Shown here piece after piece: positions 18,301-27,434 of a stretch of 64,000 nt of DNA; position 1 is the first letter of the stretch, and each line of letters begins with the position of its first letter. The notes beneath the pieces were generated by a model. It had not been told where the DNA came from. It made no database searches and saw only the letters and a program-made list of their open reading frames with translations. The stretch comes from Alphaproteobacteria bacterium. GTDB lineage: Bacteria > Pseudomonadota > Alphaproteobacteria > GCA-2731375. Both the position numbers and the translations under genes were made by a program. The stretch is from NCBI GenBank assembly GCA_965232515.1, contig CBDDPY010000002.1, positions 1,632,001-1,696,000 on the forward strand, given 5' to 3'.

Positions 18301-19431
18301 ATGTGGTCAACGCCTGGCTTTCGGGATGGCGGCGTGGCGGCGGCGCTTGTTTCGGCCCTCTTGTCGTTCGGGTTCTGGCTGCTGGTGATCGCGTTCGATT
18401 TCCATGAAGCGCCGGCCAACGCGCCCGAGGCGTACGTGACCTATTTCCAGCAGGTCAATTGGTGGCCGTACCCGTTCTTCTTTCTGGCCTTGGCGCCGGG
18501 CCTCTGGCTGACCTGGCGGCCGATGCTGCGTGCCTGGCGGCGGCTGGCCGACACCGGCGTTCTTCTCGGGTCCGATGGCGCGCCCGATGAGACCGCGATG
18601 CAGGCGATACTCGACGCGGTGCAACGGAAGCGCCGCGTTGCCGTCGTCGCGGCGCTCGCCGTCGCGGTGTTCGTCAATACAGCGGATTGGCTGCCGCGCT
18701 ACGGTGTCCATGTCGGCACCGCCGACTTCGACAAGCAGTTGGCCTACGCGTGCAAATTTCCCAGCCCGTCGGTGAAATGGATTTTCGAGGCACAGGCAAG
18801 CGCGGGTGAATCCGCCTGCGCCGGTCGAGTTGACGCACAGGCCAGCGACGCGCCACAACCGGGCATCGCGCCGCCGCCCGGCCAGATCGTGTTCAACGCC
18901 GTGCTGGTCTTGCAACAGTTCCTGATCGTGCTTTTCGCCGCGCTCGCCGTCGCGCAGGTGCTGCTGCACACGCTGCTGTTCGCGGTGTTCGAGCGGCTGG
19001 CGGTCGCGCGCGAAAACGGAATTCGACTACTGCTCAACGGCCGATCTCCGTTGAACGAATTCGGCCTGGAGCATTGGAACTACACCCTGAACAATTTCTA
19101 TTGGGCCGTCAGTCCCGCCATGCTGGCCGTGTTCCTGTCGCGGATTTCGACACCGCCCGAGGATTACCTGCCGGGTCAGGTGATGCTCGGTATCGCCGTG
19201 CCGGCCTGTCTGATCGCGCCCATGGTCGCCACGATCATCGTGCGCCAGGCCCGACTGCCGGCAGCGTGGAAGACGGTGCAGCCGCAGGGGCCAGTCGCGG
19301 CGGAGGACTTCCGGCGGCAACAGCTTTGGCCGCTCGATCGCAACTGGTCGTCCAAGCTCGGCATCTTGTTCGCCTTCGGGCTGGCGGCGCTGTCGCTCGG
19401 ATTCGAATTGAGCCAATTCACCGGTCTCTAG
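18301..19431 (+). CDS. Hypothetical polytopic membrane protein
   Basis: 376-aa ORF with about 7 hydrophobic segments filling the gap between genes; no family recognised. Confidence 0.7.
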   Translation: MWSTPGFRDGGVAAALVSALLSFGFWLLVIAFDFHEAPANAPEAYVTYFQQVNWWPYPFFFLALAPGLWLTWRPMLRAWRRLADTGVLLGSDGAPDETAMQAILDAVQRKRRVAVVAALAVAVFVNTADWLPRYGVHVGTADFDKQLAYACKFPSPSVKWIFEAQASAGESACAGRVDAQASDAPQPGIAPPPGQIVFNAVLVLQQFLIVLFAALAVAQVLLHTLLFAVFERLAVARENGIRLLLNGRSPLNEFGLEHWNYTLNNFYWAVSPAMLAVFLSRISTPPEDYLPGQVMLGIAVPACLIAPMVATIIVRQARLPAAWKTVQPQGPVAAEDFRRQQLWPLDRNWSSKLGILFAFGLAALSLGFELSQFTGL

Positions 19432-19458
19432 ACCCGTGCCTCAATAGCCCGCCCTCTG

Positions 19459-19485
19459 TGTCACATTTGGGCGGGCGCCATCGTC
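19459..19485 (+). promoter_or_regulatory. ECF41-type sigma factor promoter
   Basis: Exact TGTCACA-N16-CGTC directly upstream of a CMD/AhpD gene, the established ECF41 target class. Confidence 0.75.
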
Positions 19486-19526
19486 TTCATGTCAGCAATC
19501 GCACATTTCCGACAAAGGAGACGACC

Positions 19527-19958
19527 ATGGCGGACGCCAATATCGTGAACTATGCCGAGCACGGCGGTGACCTGCTGTCGGCCCTCGAGGCCGTCGAGAA
19601 GGTGATCGGCGGGCGCGGCATCGAGCCGGGCCTGCATCATCTGATGCTGCTGCGCGCCTCGCAGATGAACAAATGCAGCTTCTGCGTAAAGATGCACGCG
19701 CGCGACGCCCGCAAGGCCGGCGAGACCGACCACCGGCTCGACCACCTGATCGTCTGGCGGCAGGTCACGGACTTCACGGCGCGAGAAAAGGCCGCCTTCG
19801 CCTGGACCGAAGCACTGACCGACCTGAAGGACGAGACCGACTATGGCCGACTGCGCGAGCAGTTGCGGGCGCACTTCACGGACGGGGAGATCACGACCCT
19901 GACCGCGATCGTGTCGATGATCAATCTCTGGAACCGCATCCAGATTTCCGCACACTGA
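19527..19958 (+). CDS. Carboxymuconolactone decarboxylase/AhpD family protein
   Basis: LRASQMNKCSFCVKMH (CxxC), FTAREKAAFAWTEALT, INLWNR; AAGGAG RBS. Confidence 0.92.
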   Translation: MADANIVNYAEHGGDLLSALEAVEKVIGGRGIEPGLHHLMLLRASQMNKCSFCVKMHARDARKAGETDHRLDHLIVWRQVTDFTAREKAAFAWTEALTDLKDETDYGRLREQLRAHFTDGEITTLTAIVSMINLWNRIQISAH

Positions 19959-20051
19959 TAACATGCCTTGGCGAGGCGGCGGCCGGGGTTGATCCGGCCG
20001 CCGCCGTCACCACGTCTGCGGAACGCGACGCGCGCAGACGGGGGAGACGAC

Positions 20052-20468
20052 ATGCCGAAGAAGCAAGCCCACTACACCGGCCAGTGTCTGTGCGGCGCCG
20101 TGCGCTATGAGGTGCGCGGGCCGTTGACCGAGCCGCATGCCTGCCATTGCGGACAGTGTCGCCGGCAGAGCGGTCATTTTGTCGTTGGCAGCGAGGCGAA
20201 CCGTACGGACCTCGCGCTGACAGAGGAACGTGGCCTCGCTTGGTACCGCTCGTCGGAATGGGCGCGCCGCGGCTTCTGCCGCGACTGCGGCTCAGTGCTG
20301 TTCTGGGACGACGGCGGCGAGCTCGTCGGCATTAATGTCGGCTGCCTCGATCAGCCGACCGGCCTAACGCTGGCGCGGCATATCTTCGTTGACGATAAGG
20401 CGGACTATTACGAGATCGACGACGACCTGCCGAAGTTCGCTGGGTCCAGCACCCCGATGCCGTCCTGA
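20052..20468 (+). CDS. GFA/CENP-V family protein
   Basis: GQCLCGAVRY, CHCGQCRR, RGFCRDCGS. Confidence 0.92.
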   Translation: MPKKQAHYTGQCLCGAVRYEVRGPLTEPHACHCGQCRRQSGHFVVGSEANRTDLALTEERGLAWYRSSEWARRGFCRDCGSVLFWDDGGELVGINVGCLDQPTGLTLARHIFVDDKADYYEIDDDLPKFAGSSTPMPS

Positions 20469-20484
20469 CCAGCCGGTAACAAAT

Positions 20485-20907
20485 TCACCCGCCGTCGGCG
20501 ACGCTGAAGGCGCCGCTGGCGCGGACGATGTTTCGGCCGTCGACGCTGAGATAGCAGTTGGCGAAGGCGAGCCGCCGGCCGATGCGTTTGCTGTCGCAGA
20601 CCGCCTCGATCCAGTCGCCCAAACGGCCGGCGCCGATGAAATCGACCGACAGGCTGGCGGTCAGCAAGCGCGCCGGCGGGTCCTGGCTCCAGGACATGGT
20701 CTTGCCGAGCACAATGTCGGCGAACGAGACCAGCAGCCCGCCATGCACGATGCCGCGACGGTTGCAGTGATAGTCCAGCACACGCAAGCCGAAGACCGGC
20801 CCCGCCGCGCCGTCCTTCTGGTAGAGCGGGCCGATGCGGTCGAGGAACGGGCTCGGCTCGTCATAAGCACGGTAGCCCGGCGGCAGATCGTCCGTGTCCG
20901 ATGTCAT
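20485..20907 (-). CDS. PaaI family thioesterase
   Basis: HCNRRGIVHGG...FAD, TASLSVDF hotdog motifs. Confidence 0.9.
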   Translation of the reverse strand: MTSDTDDLPPGYRAYDEPSPFLDRIGPLYQKDGAAGPVFGLRVLDYHCNRRGIVHGGLLVSFADIVLGKTMSWSQDPPARLLTASLSVDFIGAGRLGDWIEAVCDSKRIGRRLAFANCYLSVDGRNIVRASGAFSVADGG

Positions 20908-20928
20908 CAGGCGTTTCCGCTCCCTGCC

Positions 20929-22155
20929 CTACCCGTCGTCGAGCGACAGCGCCCGCAGCTCGGCCAGCAGATCCGGATGGCGGTAGCCGAGGTCCTCGCG
21001 CTCGCCCGGATCCCGGTCGAGATCGCAGAGGAACTCGAAGCCGCCGTCCCAGAGATACTTCCAATTGCCGCGCCGGACCGCGCGCTGGGCCCGGGCGCGC
21101 CAGTTGTCGCTTTCCGACGGCAGATCGATGCGCCAGCGCAGCGGGCGCGCCGCCGCGTTGGCGATGCCGGGATCGAGCAGGTCGATGCCGTCCAGATCCC
21201 TGTCCGGCGCGATGCCGGCCGCCGCCAGCATGGTCGCGGCGATATCCATCAGAATTCCGGGCCTGGACGCGACTTCGCCCGCCGCCACTTGGGCCGGCCA
21301 GCGCAGGATCATCGGCACCCGGATGCCGCCCTCCCACAGCGTGCCGAAGCCGTGAAAGAACGGGCCCTTGGTCGCCAGCTCAGCGCCACCATGGTCATAG
21401 GTCAGCAACAGCAGTGTGTCTTCGAGCAGACCCTGCCGCTCGAGCGCCGCAACGATGCGGCCGACGCTGGCGTCGAGATGCTCGACGGCGGCCACATAGT
21501 CCGCGCGGCTGCCGTTGATCCAAGTGTCGAGCCGGGCCGTGTCCCGCTCGCGTCCCGGCGGGTCGTAGGGTGGCAGCGCCGCGTTGTAGGCGACATATAG
21601 AAAGAACGGCGCGCCGCCGGTCCGGTCGATGAAGCCGACGGCCTCGTCCGTGAACAGGTCGGTCGTGTAGCCCGGACAGTCGACCGGCTCGGTGTTGCGG
21701 TAGAGCCCGTCGAGGCCCTCGCGGGTCCGGTGCGAGTAGTAGTCGATGTTCCAGTCGTGAAAGCCGAGGAAGTCATCGAAGCCGTGCGCGTTCGGCCCAT
21801 CGGCCGGCGTGTAGCCGAGGTGCCATTTGCCATAGAGCGCCGTATGGAAGCCGGCGTCCTTGAAATAGCGCGCGAGCGTCTTCTCCGCGATCGGCAGCCC
21901 CGCCTCACCGCGATGGATGTTGCGCTCGATGCCGAGACGGCGCGGCGAGCGGCCGGTCAACATCGCCGCGCGGCTGGGCACGCAGATCGGCGCGGCACCG
22001 TAGAAATCGGTGTAGCGCCGGCCCTGCTCCGCCAGCCGCCGGATCTGGGGCGTGCGGATTTCCGATTGGCCGAACGGCTCGATATCGCCGTAACCCATGT
22101 AGTCGAACACGATCAGCACGATGTGCCGCGCGCGGGAACCGCTCATGTCATGCAC
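20929..22155 (-). CDS. Sulfatase-like hydrolase (Cys type)
   Basis: CVPSRAAMLTGR, GKWHLG, YDHG, EGGIRVP. Confidence 0.9.
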   Translation of the reverse strand: MHDMSGSRARHIVLIVFDYMGYGDIEPFGQSEIRTPQIRRLAEQGRRYTDFYGAAPICVPSRAAMLTGRSPRRLGIERNIHRGEAGLPIAEKTLARYFKDAGFHTALYGKWHLGYTPADGPNAHGFDDFLGFHDWNIDYYSHRTREGLDGLYRNTEPVDCPGYTTDLFTDEAVGFIDRTGGAPFFLYVAYNAALPPYDPPGRERDTARLDTWINGSRADYVAAVEHLDASVGRIVAALERQGLLEDTLLLLTYDHGGAELATKGPFFHGFGTLWEGGIRVPMILRWPAQVAAGEVASRPGILMDIAATMLAAAGIAPDRDLDGIDLLDPGIANAAARPLRWRIDLPSESDNWRARAQRAVRRGNWKYLWDGGFEFLCDLDRDPGEREDLGYRHPDLLAELRALSLDDG

Positions 22156-22261
22156 TCAATGAATGTTCGCAGCCGGTCGTCGGATCGTAGTCCATGAACG
22201 AACGGCATCAAACCGGCCCTCACACAGACCGGCTGGCGACACCGGAGAATTTTATGCACAG

Positions 22262-22307
22262 GAACAAAACAAGATCATTGACACACAAGAACAAACCATG
22301 AATTAAT
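22262..22307 (+). promoter_or_regulatory. Sigma70-like promoter with two alphaproteobacterial LexA-like boxes
   Basis: GAAC-N7-GATC (22262-22276) and GAAC-N7-GAAT (22289-22303) flank TTGACA (22278-22283); AT-rich -10 region at about 22301-22307. Confidence 0.6.
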
Positions 22308-22312
22308 AGTTC

Positions 22313-22395
22313 TCGAAAAGCCCGGCGCACGGTCGGCGTTGCGGCGGTGGCGAGACCCCGCCCCGGCAGCCGAACCCCACGAACCGGGCTTTTGA
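22313..22395 (+). ncRNA. Candidate structured small RNA (long stem-loop)
   Basis: AAAAGCCCGG (22316-25) pairs with CCGGGCTTTT (22384-93); inner TCGGC/GCCGA and GGCGG/CCGCC stems; starts just after the putative promoter. Confidence 0.35.
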
Positions 22396-22447
22396 TTTCC
22401 AGAACCGGACGAGGCCGATGCCGAAGACGCCAGCACGACCGTCCGGT

Positions 22448-22867
22448 TCAGTCGTCCGGCAGGGGCCGTGGGTTGCCGTCGTCGTCGATGGCGACGTAGA
22501 CGAAAGTGCCCTCGGTGACCTTGATCTCGTCGGCGGCGTCGCGGCGGTTGACGATCGTCTCGATCTGCACGGTCACCGACGTCCGGCCTGTTTTGACGAC
22601 GTGCGCATAGAGGCTGACCAGATCGCCGATATGGATCGGCCGGTGGAAGGTCATGGCTTCGACCGCGACCGTCGCGAGACGGCCCCTGGTGGCCCGGCCG
22701 GCGGCGACGGCGCCGGCGATGTCCATCTGGCTCAGGACCCAACCGCCGAAGATATCGCCGTTGGCGTTTGCGTCGGCGGGCATGGGCACCGTGCGCACGA
22801 CGGGTTCGCCGCGCGCGGCGGATTCGCCCCGGGCCGGGGCTTGACGGGATGTGGGAGAATCACGCAT
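22448..22867 (-). CDS. Acyl-CoA thioesterase (YciA-like)
   Basis: MPADANANGDIFGGWVLSQMD, GRTSV, FVYVAID. Confidence 0.93.
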   Translation of the reverse strand: MRDSPTSRQAPARGESAARGEPVVRTVPMPADANANGDIFGGWVLSQMDIAGAVAAGRATRGRLATVAVEAMTFHRPIHIGDLVSLYAHVVKTGRTSVTVQIETIVNRRDAADEIKVTEGTFVYVAIDDDGNPRPLPDD

Positions 22868-23009
22868 GTCGGTATCGGCCCCTTGAATGCCCGGTTTCTA
22901 CCAGATTTTGAGGTTTTGCTAACGCTTAACACTTTATTATGCGATGACAATGGTTAACCTCGCGCCCCATGTCATACATCTCGCGTAAACTTGTCCGACC
23001 CGGTACGAC

Positions 23010-24998
23010 ATGAACGACAAACCCGTGAATGATCTGTTCGAGACCCCGCCCGCCGGCCGCGGCGGCTATTCCGCCAAGGACATCGAGGTCCTGGAGGGCC
23101 TGGAGCCCGTACGCCGCCGGCCCGGCATGTATATCGGCGGCACCGACGAGCGGGCGCTGCACCATCTGGCCGCCGAGGTGCTGGACAACGCCATGGACGA
23201 GGCCGTCGCCGGCCATGCCAGCCGCATCGAGATCGAGCTCGGCGCCGACGGCGCGCTGTCGGTGTCGGACAACGGCCGCGGCATCCCGGTCGATCCGCAT
23301 CCCAAATTCAAGAACAAGTCGGCGCTGGAAGTGATCCTGACGACGCTGCATTCCGGCGGCAAGTTTTCGGGCGACGCCTACCGGACGGCGGGCGGCCTGC
23401 ACGGCGTTGGCGTCTCGGTGGTCAATGCGCTCGCCGAACGGCTGACCGTCGAGGTGGCGCGCGACCGTAAGGTCTGGACCCAGAGCTACAAGCGCGGCAA
23501 GCCCACGGCCAAGCTGAAGCAGGCCGGCGGGGCGCCGAACCGCCGCGGCACCAAGGTGATCTTCCTGCCCGATCCCGAGATCTTCGGGGCGTCGGCGCAT
23601 TTCCGCCCGGCCCGCCTCTACACCATGGCGCGGTCCAAGGCCTATCTGTTCCGCGGCGTCGAGATCCGCTGGAAGTGCGCCAAAGAGCGCATCCCGGCGA
23701 AGGACGAAACGCCGACGGAAGGCGTGCTGCATTTCCCCGACGGGCTGCAGGATTTCCTGGCACACAGCCTGAACGGCGCCGAGACGGTGACGCCGAAGCC
23801 GTTCGCGGGCCGGGCCAAGCTGAACGGCGAGGACGCGGCCGGCGAGGTCGAATGGGCGATCCACTGGCCGGTCGCCAGCGACGGCTGGGTCCGGTCCTAC
23901 TGCAACACGGTGTCGACGCCCGAAGGCGGCACGCACGAAGCGGGGTTGCGCGCGGCGCTGACCAAGGCGCTGAAGGCCTATGGCGAGCTGACCAACAACC
24001 GCAAGGCCGGCCAGATCGCCGCCGACGACGTGCTGGGCCCGGCGGCGGCGCTGCTGTCGCTGTTCCTGCCGGAACCCCAGTTTAGCGGCCAGACCAAGGA
24101 GAAGCTGTCGAACCCGGAAGCGACGCGGCTGGTCGAGAACGTCATCCGCGACCATTTCGACCACTGGCTGTCGGGCGATCCGGTCAGCGCCAACAAGCTG
24201 TTGGCCTGGGCCGTGGAGCGCGCCGACGAGCGCCTGCGCCGCCGTCAGGAGCGCGAAGTCAACCGCAAGACCGCGGCGCGCAAGCTGCGACTGCCAGGCA
24301 AGCTCGCCGACTGCTCGCGCAGCGCCGCCGACGGCACCGAGATCTTCATCGTCGAGGGCGATTCCGCCGGCGGCTCGGCCAAGCAGGCCCGCGAGCGCAA
24401 AACCCAGGCCGTGCTGCCGCTCAGGGGCAAGATCCTGAACGTCGCCAGCGCCGGCAGCGCCAAGCTCGCCGGCAACCAGGAACTCTCGGACCTGATGCAG
24501 GCGCTGGGTTGTGGCACCGGCACCAAATACCGCGACGACGATCTGCGCTACGATAAGGTCATCATCATGACGGATGCCGATGTCGACGGCGCGCATATCG
24601 CCTCGCTGCTGATGACCTTCTTCTATCGCGAGATGCCGGAGTTGATCCGCAACGGCCATCTGTTCCTGGCGCTGCCGCCGCTCTACCGCCTGACCCAGGG
24701 CAGCAAGACGGTCTATGCCCGCGACGACGCGCATAAGGAAAAACTGCTGGAAACCGAGTTCAAGGGCCGCGGCAAGGTCGATGTCGGCCGCTTCAAGGGC
24801 CTGGGCGAGATGCTGCCGGCGCAGCTGCGTGACACCACCATGAAACCGGCGAACCGGACGCTGCTGAAGGTGGTGATCCCGGAAGACGAGACCCGCGACA
24901 CCGACAGCCTGGTCGAGCAGCTGATGGGTCGTAAGCCAGAGCTGCGCTTTCAGTACATTCAGGAACACGCCCGCTTCGTCGAAGACATCGACGTCTGA
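23010..24998 (+). CDS. parE: DNA topoisomerase IV subunit B
   Basis: EVLDNAMDEA, DNGRGIPVD, LHSGGKF, VEGDSAGGSAKQAR, PLRGKILN, MTDADVDGAHI, RFKGLGEM; 662 aa with no GyrB insert. Confidence 0.95.
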   Translation: MNDKPVNDLFETPPAGRGGYSAKDIEVLEGLEPVRRRPGMYIGGTDERALHHLAAEVLDNAMDEAVAGHASRIEIELGADGALSVSDNGRGIPVDPHPKFKNKSALEVILTTLHSGGKFSGDAYRTAGGLHGVGVSVVNALAERLTVEVARDRKVWTQSYKRGKPTAKLKQAGGAPNRRGTKVIFLPDPEIFGASAHFRPARLYTMARSKAYLFRGVEIRWKCAKERIPAKDETPTEGVLHFPDGLQDFLAHSLNGAETVTPKPFAGRAKLNGEDAAGEVEWAIHWPVASDGWVRSYCNTVSTPEGGTHEAGLRAALTKALKAYGELTNNRKAGQIAADDVLGPAAALLSLFLPEPQFSGQTKEKLSNPEATRLVENVIRDHFDHWLSGDPVSANKLLAWAVERADERLRRRQEREVNRKTAARKLRLPGKLADCSRSAADGTEIFIVEGDSAGGSAKQARERKTQAVLPLRGKILNVASAGSAKLAGNQELSDLMQALGCGTGTKYRDDDLRYDKVIIMTDADVDGAHIASLLMTFFYREMPELIRNGHLFLALPPLYRLTQGSKTVYARDDAHKEKLLETEFKGRGKVDVGRFKGLGEMLPAQLRDTTMKPANRTLLKVVIPEDETRDTDSLVEQLMGRKPELRFQYIQEHARFVEDIDV

Positions 24999-25013
24999 GA
25001 CCACGGCCGGACG

Positions 25014-25763
25014 GTGGCGCCGGAACTGCTCGCCGTCGTCTTCGCCGCGTTCTTCTTTGCCGCTTTCGTCAAGGGCACGACCGGGCTCGGCTTCTCCACC
25101 GCCTGCCTGCCGATCCTGGCCATGACCATCGGCCTGAAGGCGACGCTGCCGCTGCTGATCATCCCCTCGCTCGCGAGCAATGTCGTGGTGATGCGGGATG
25201 CCGGGCATTTCAGGGAGACCGTGCGGCGGTTCTGGCCGCTGTTCCTCGGCGCGGTGCCGGGCCTTATCGTCGGTCTCTGGCTGTTGACCTGGGTCGACCA
25301 GGCCCATGCCGGCGCCGTGCTGGGACTGGTGCTGATCGGCTATGGCGCCTTCACGCTCGCCAACCCGCATCTGCGGCTGCCGCAACGGCTCGCCCGTCCA
25401 CTTGCCGTGCCGACCGGTCTCTTGACCGGCACGGTGAACGGGCTCACCGGCTCCCAGGTGATGCCGGTGCTGCCCTATCTGCTCTCGCTGCGACTCGACC
25501 AGAACCGGTTCGTGCAGGCGATCAACTGCTCGTTCACCTTCTCCAGCCTGATCATGGCGGTCGGCCTGTCGCGCATCGGTTTGATGACCGTCGATACGGC
25601 CATCGTCTCGGCCTTCGGCCTGATCGCCGTCGTAATCGGCGTCAAACTGGGCGGCCGCCTGCGCCGCCGCCTCTCGGCCGAGCAGTTCCGCCGCACCGTG
25701 CTCTGGCTGTTGATGGCGCTTGGCGCCCTGCTCGCCATCAAACCGGTCCTGTTCGCAAGCTAG
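25014..25763 (+). CDS. Sulfite exporter TauE/SafE family protein
   Basis: About 8 TM helices; FVKGTTGLGF motif and internal repeat GTVNGLTG. Confidence 0.85.
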   Translation: MAPELLAVVFAAFFFAAFVKGTTGLGFSTACLPILAMTIGLKATLPLLIIPSLASNVVVMRDAGHFRETVRRFWPLFLGAVPGLIVGLWLLTWVDQAHAGAVLGLVLIGYGAFTLANPHLRLPQRLARPLAVPTGLLTGTVNGLTGSQVMPVLPYLLSLRLDQNRFVQAINCSFTFSSLIMAVGLSRIGLMTVDTAIVSAFGLIAVVIGVKLGGRLRRRLSAEQFRRTVLWLLMALGALLAIKPVLFAS

Positions 25764-25838
25764 CCGCTCGAGACAACTTGCAGTCGGCCGGGACGCTGCT
25801 AGGCTGATCGTCGAAGCAACGGCATGGCGGAGGGTCGG

Positions 25839-26717
25839 ATGCCACGGGACTACGATCGGTCGGCCGAGGACATCGGCAACATTGTCGGGCTGGAACACGT
25901 CAACGTTCGCGTGCCGGATCAAGGGCTTGCGACGTTGTTTTACGTCAGTGCATTGGGGTTGACGCGCGATCCTTATCTGGTGACCGGCGTGATCAACATG
26001 TGGATCAATGTCGGCCGCAGCCAGTTCCATCTGCCAACCGGCGAGGCGCAGCGGCTGCGCGGCCGGACCGGACTGGTGCTGCCGGATCTCGACGCGCTGG
26101 AACAACGCCTCGCCGCCGTGCGCGACCCGCTGTCGGACACCGACTTCGGCTATGAAACCGGCAATGACCGGATCGACGCCACCTGCCCCTGGGGCAACCG
26201 CATCCGCTGTCATGCGCCGGACGCCCGGTTCGGACCGATCACGCTCGGCATGGCCTATGTCGAACTGGATGTACCGGTCGGCGCGGCAGGCGGGATTGCG
26301 CGGTTCTACAACCAGCTCCTCAACGCGCCGGTCAAGCTGGGCGAGGTCGACGGCGCCGCGGCGGCCTTCGTTACGGCCGGGCACAAGCAGTCGCTGGTCT
26401 TTCGCGAGACGGATGCGGCGCAGCCGGCCTATGACGGCCATCATCTGCAGATCTACGTGGCCGATTTCTCGGGTCCGCACGAAAAGCTCAACGAACGCGG
26501 CCTGGTCAGCGAAGAAAGCAACCAGCATCAGTACCGTTTCCAGAACATCGTCGACCCGGACAACGGCGACCTGCTGTTCGAGCTGGAGCACGAGGTGCGG
26601 TCGATGACGCATCCGCTTTACGCCCGGCCGCTTGTGAACCGCAATCCCGCGCAAACCAACAACGCCTTCGCGCCCGGTCACGAGGTGTTACCCTGGGCGA
26701 TGCCGTTTGCAGGTTGA
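25839..26717 (+). CDS. VOC/glyoxalase-like protein
   Basis: LEHVNVRVPD..A.LFY..ALG, SQFHLP, GHHLQIY. Confidence 0.65.
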   Translation: MPRDYDRSAEDIGNIVGLEHVNVRVPDQGLATLFYVSALGLTRDPYLVTGVINMWINVGRSQFHLPTGEAQRLRGRTGLVLPDLDALEQRLAAVRDPLSDTDFGYETGNDRIDATCPWGNRIRCHAPDARFGPITLGMAYVELDVPVGAAGGIARFYNQLLNAPVKLGEVDGAAAAFVTAGHKQSLVFRETDAAQPAYDGHHLQIYVADFSGPHEKLNERGLVSEESNQHQYRFQNIVDPDNGDLLFELEHEVRSMTHPLYARPLVNRNPAQTNNAFAPGHEVLPWAMPFAG

Positions 26718-26837
26718 GCACACGGCGCATTTGCGAAAATGTGATCCCTAATGATGTGACGATTGACACAGCACATGGGAATTTAGGGGTGCAGAAACGT
26801 ATATATGAGGAGTGGGAACCGGTAACGACATCAGGTG

Positions 26838-27434
26838 ATGGATATGAAACCTGCTTCCTCCCTGCTCGGACCCGCCGCGGCGACGCTTACTATCCTGGCG
26901 CTCGCGGCCTGCAACAGCAGTTCGGCCACCCGTCTCAGCTACGTTGACACCAATCCCGGCTACAGCCGGTCGATCGTGCAATACGCCTCGTCCGGCGCGG
27001 CCATGCCGCTGGAAGTGCGCGGCGCCACGCCGGGCATTCCAGCGCAGGCGGTCGCGGCCGGCATGCGCCTGCCCGGCTGGTTCGAGCCGAAGCCGTTCGC
27101 GCTGGGGCCGGTCGAGGGCGCACCCAGCGGCAATTACCGGGTGGTCATGGTGATCAACCCGGACCGCCCCGTCGGCGCCAAGCGTGTGTGCGGCGATGCC
27201 GGCAGCATCGGCACCGCGCCCGGCCCGGAGTTGAAGCTCCAGGCCGCATTCTGCGCCGGCGACGAGGCCTTGAGCCAGGCGACGGCCTTCGCGCCGAACA
27301 CCCAGGCCGGCACGGCCGAATTCCAGGACGCGTTGAACCAGATGTCGCTGGCGTTGTTCCCGCCGCGCAATCCCATTTTCGACGATGACCGGCGGCCCAA
27401 CCGGCTGCGGTTTGGAGGATTTATCAATGGCTAA
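26838..27434 (+). CDS. Hypothetical lipoprotein (paralog A)
   Basis: Lipobox LAAC; clear similarity to the downstream ORF. Confidence 0.75.
   Translation: MDMKPASSLLGPAAATLTILALAACNSSSATRLSYVDTNPGYSRSIVQYASSGAAMPLEVRGATPGIPAQAVAAGMRLPGWFEPKPFALGPVEGAPSGNYRVVMVINPDRPVGAKRVCGDAGSIGTAPGPELKLQAAFCAGDEALSQATAFAPNTQAGTAEFQDALNQMSLALFPPRNPIFDDDRRPNRLRFGGFING

Noticed and set aside
22313-22395. SRP RNA or tRNA identity for the hairpin
   Set aside because: No GGAA-loop SRP domain IV motif and no cloverleaf or T-loop.
22418-22957. 179-aa plus-strand ORF as the target of the SOS-like promoter
   Set aside because: Almost entirely antisense to the thioesterase and without recognisable features; only its RBS-ATG is noted.
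23010-24998. gyrB
   Set aside because: Length and motifs (NAMDEA, GGSAKQAR, GAHIASLL, no large insert) fit ParE.
22926-26681. 1251-aa minus-strand ORF
   Set aside because: Antisense shadow of parE, tauE and the VOC gene; no motifs; a common artefact of high GC3 codon bias.
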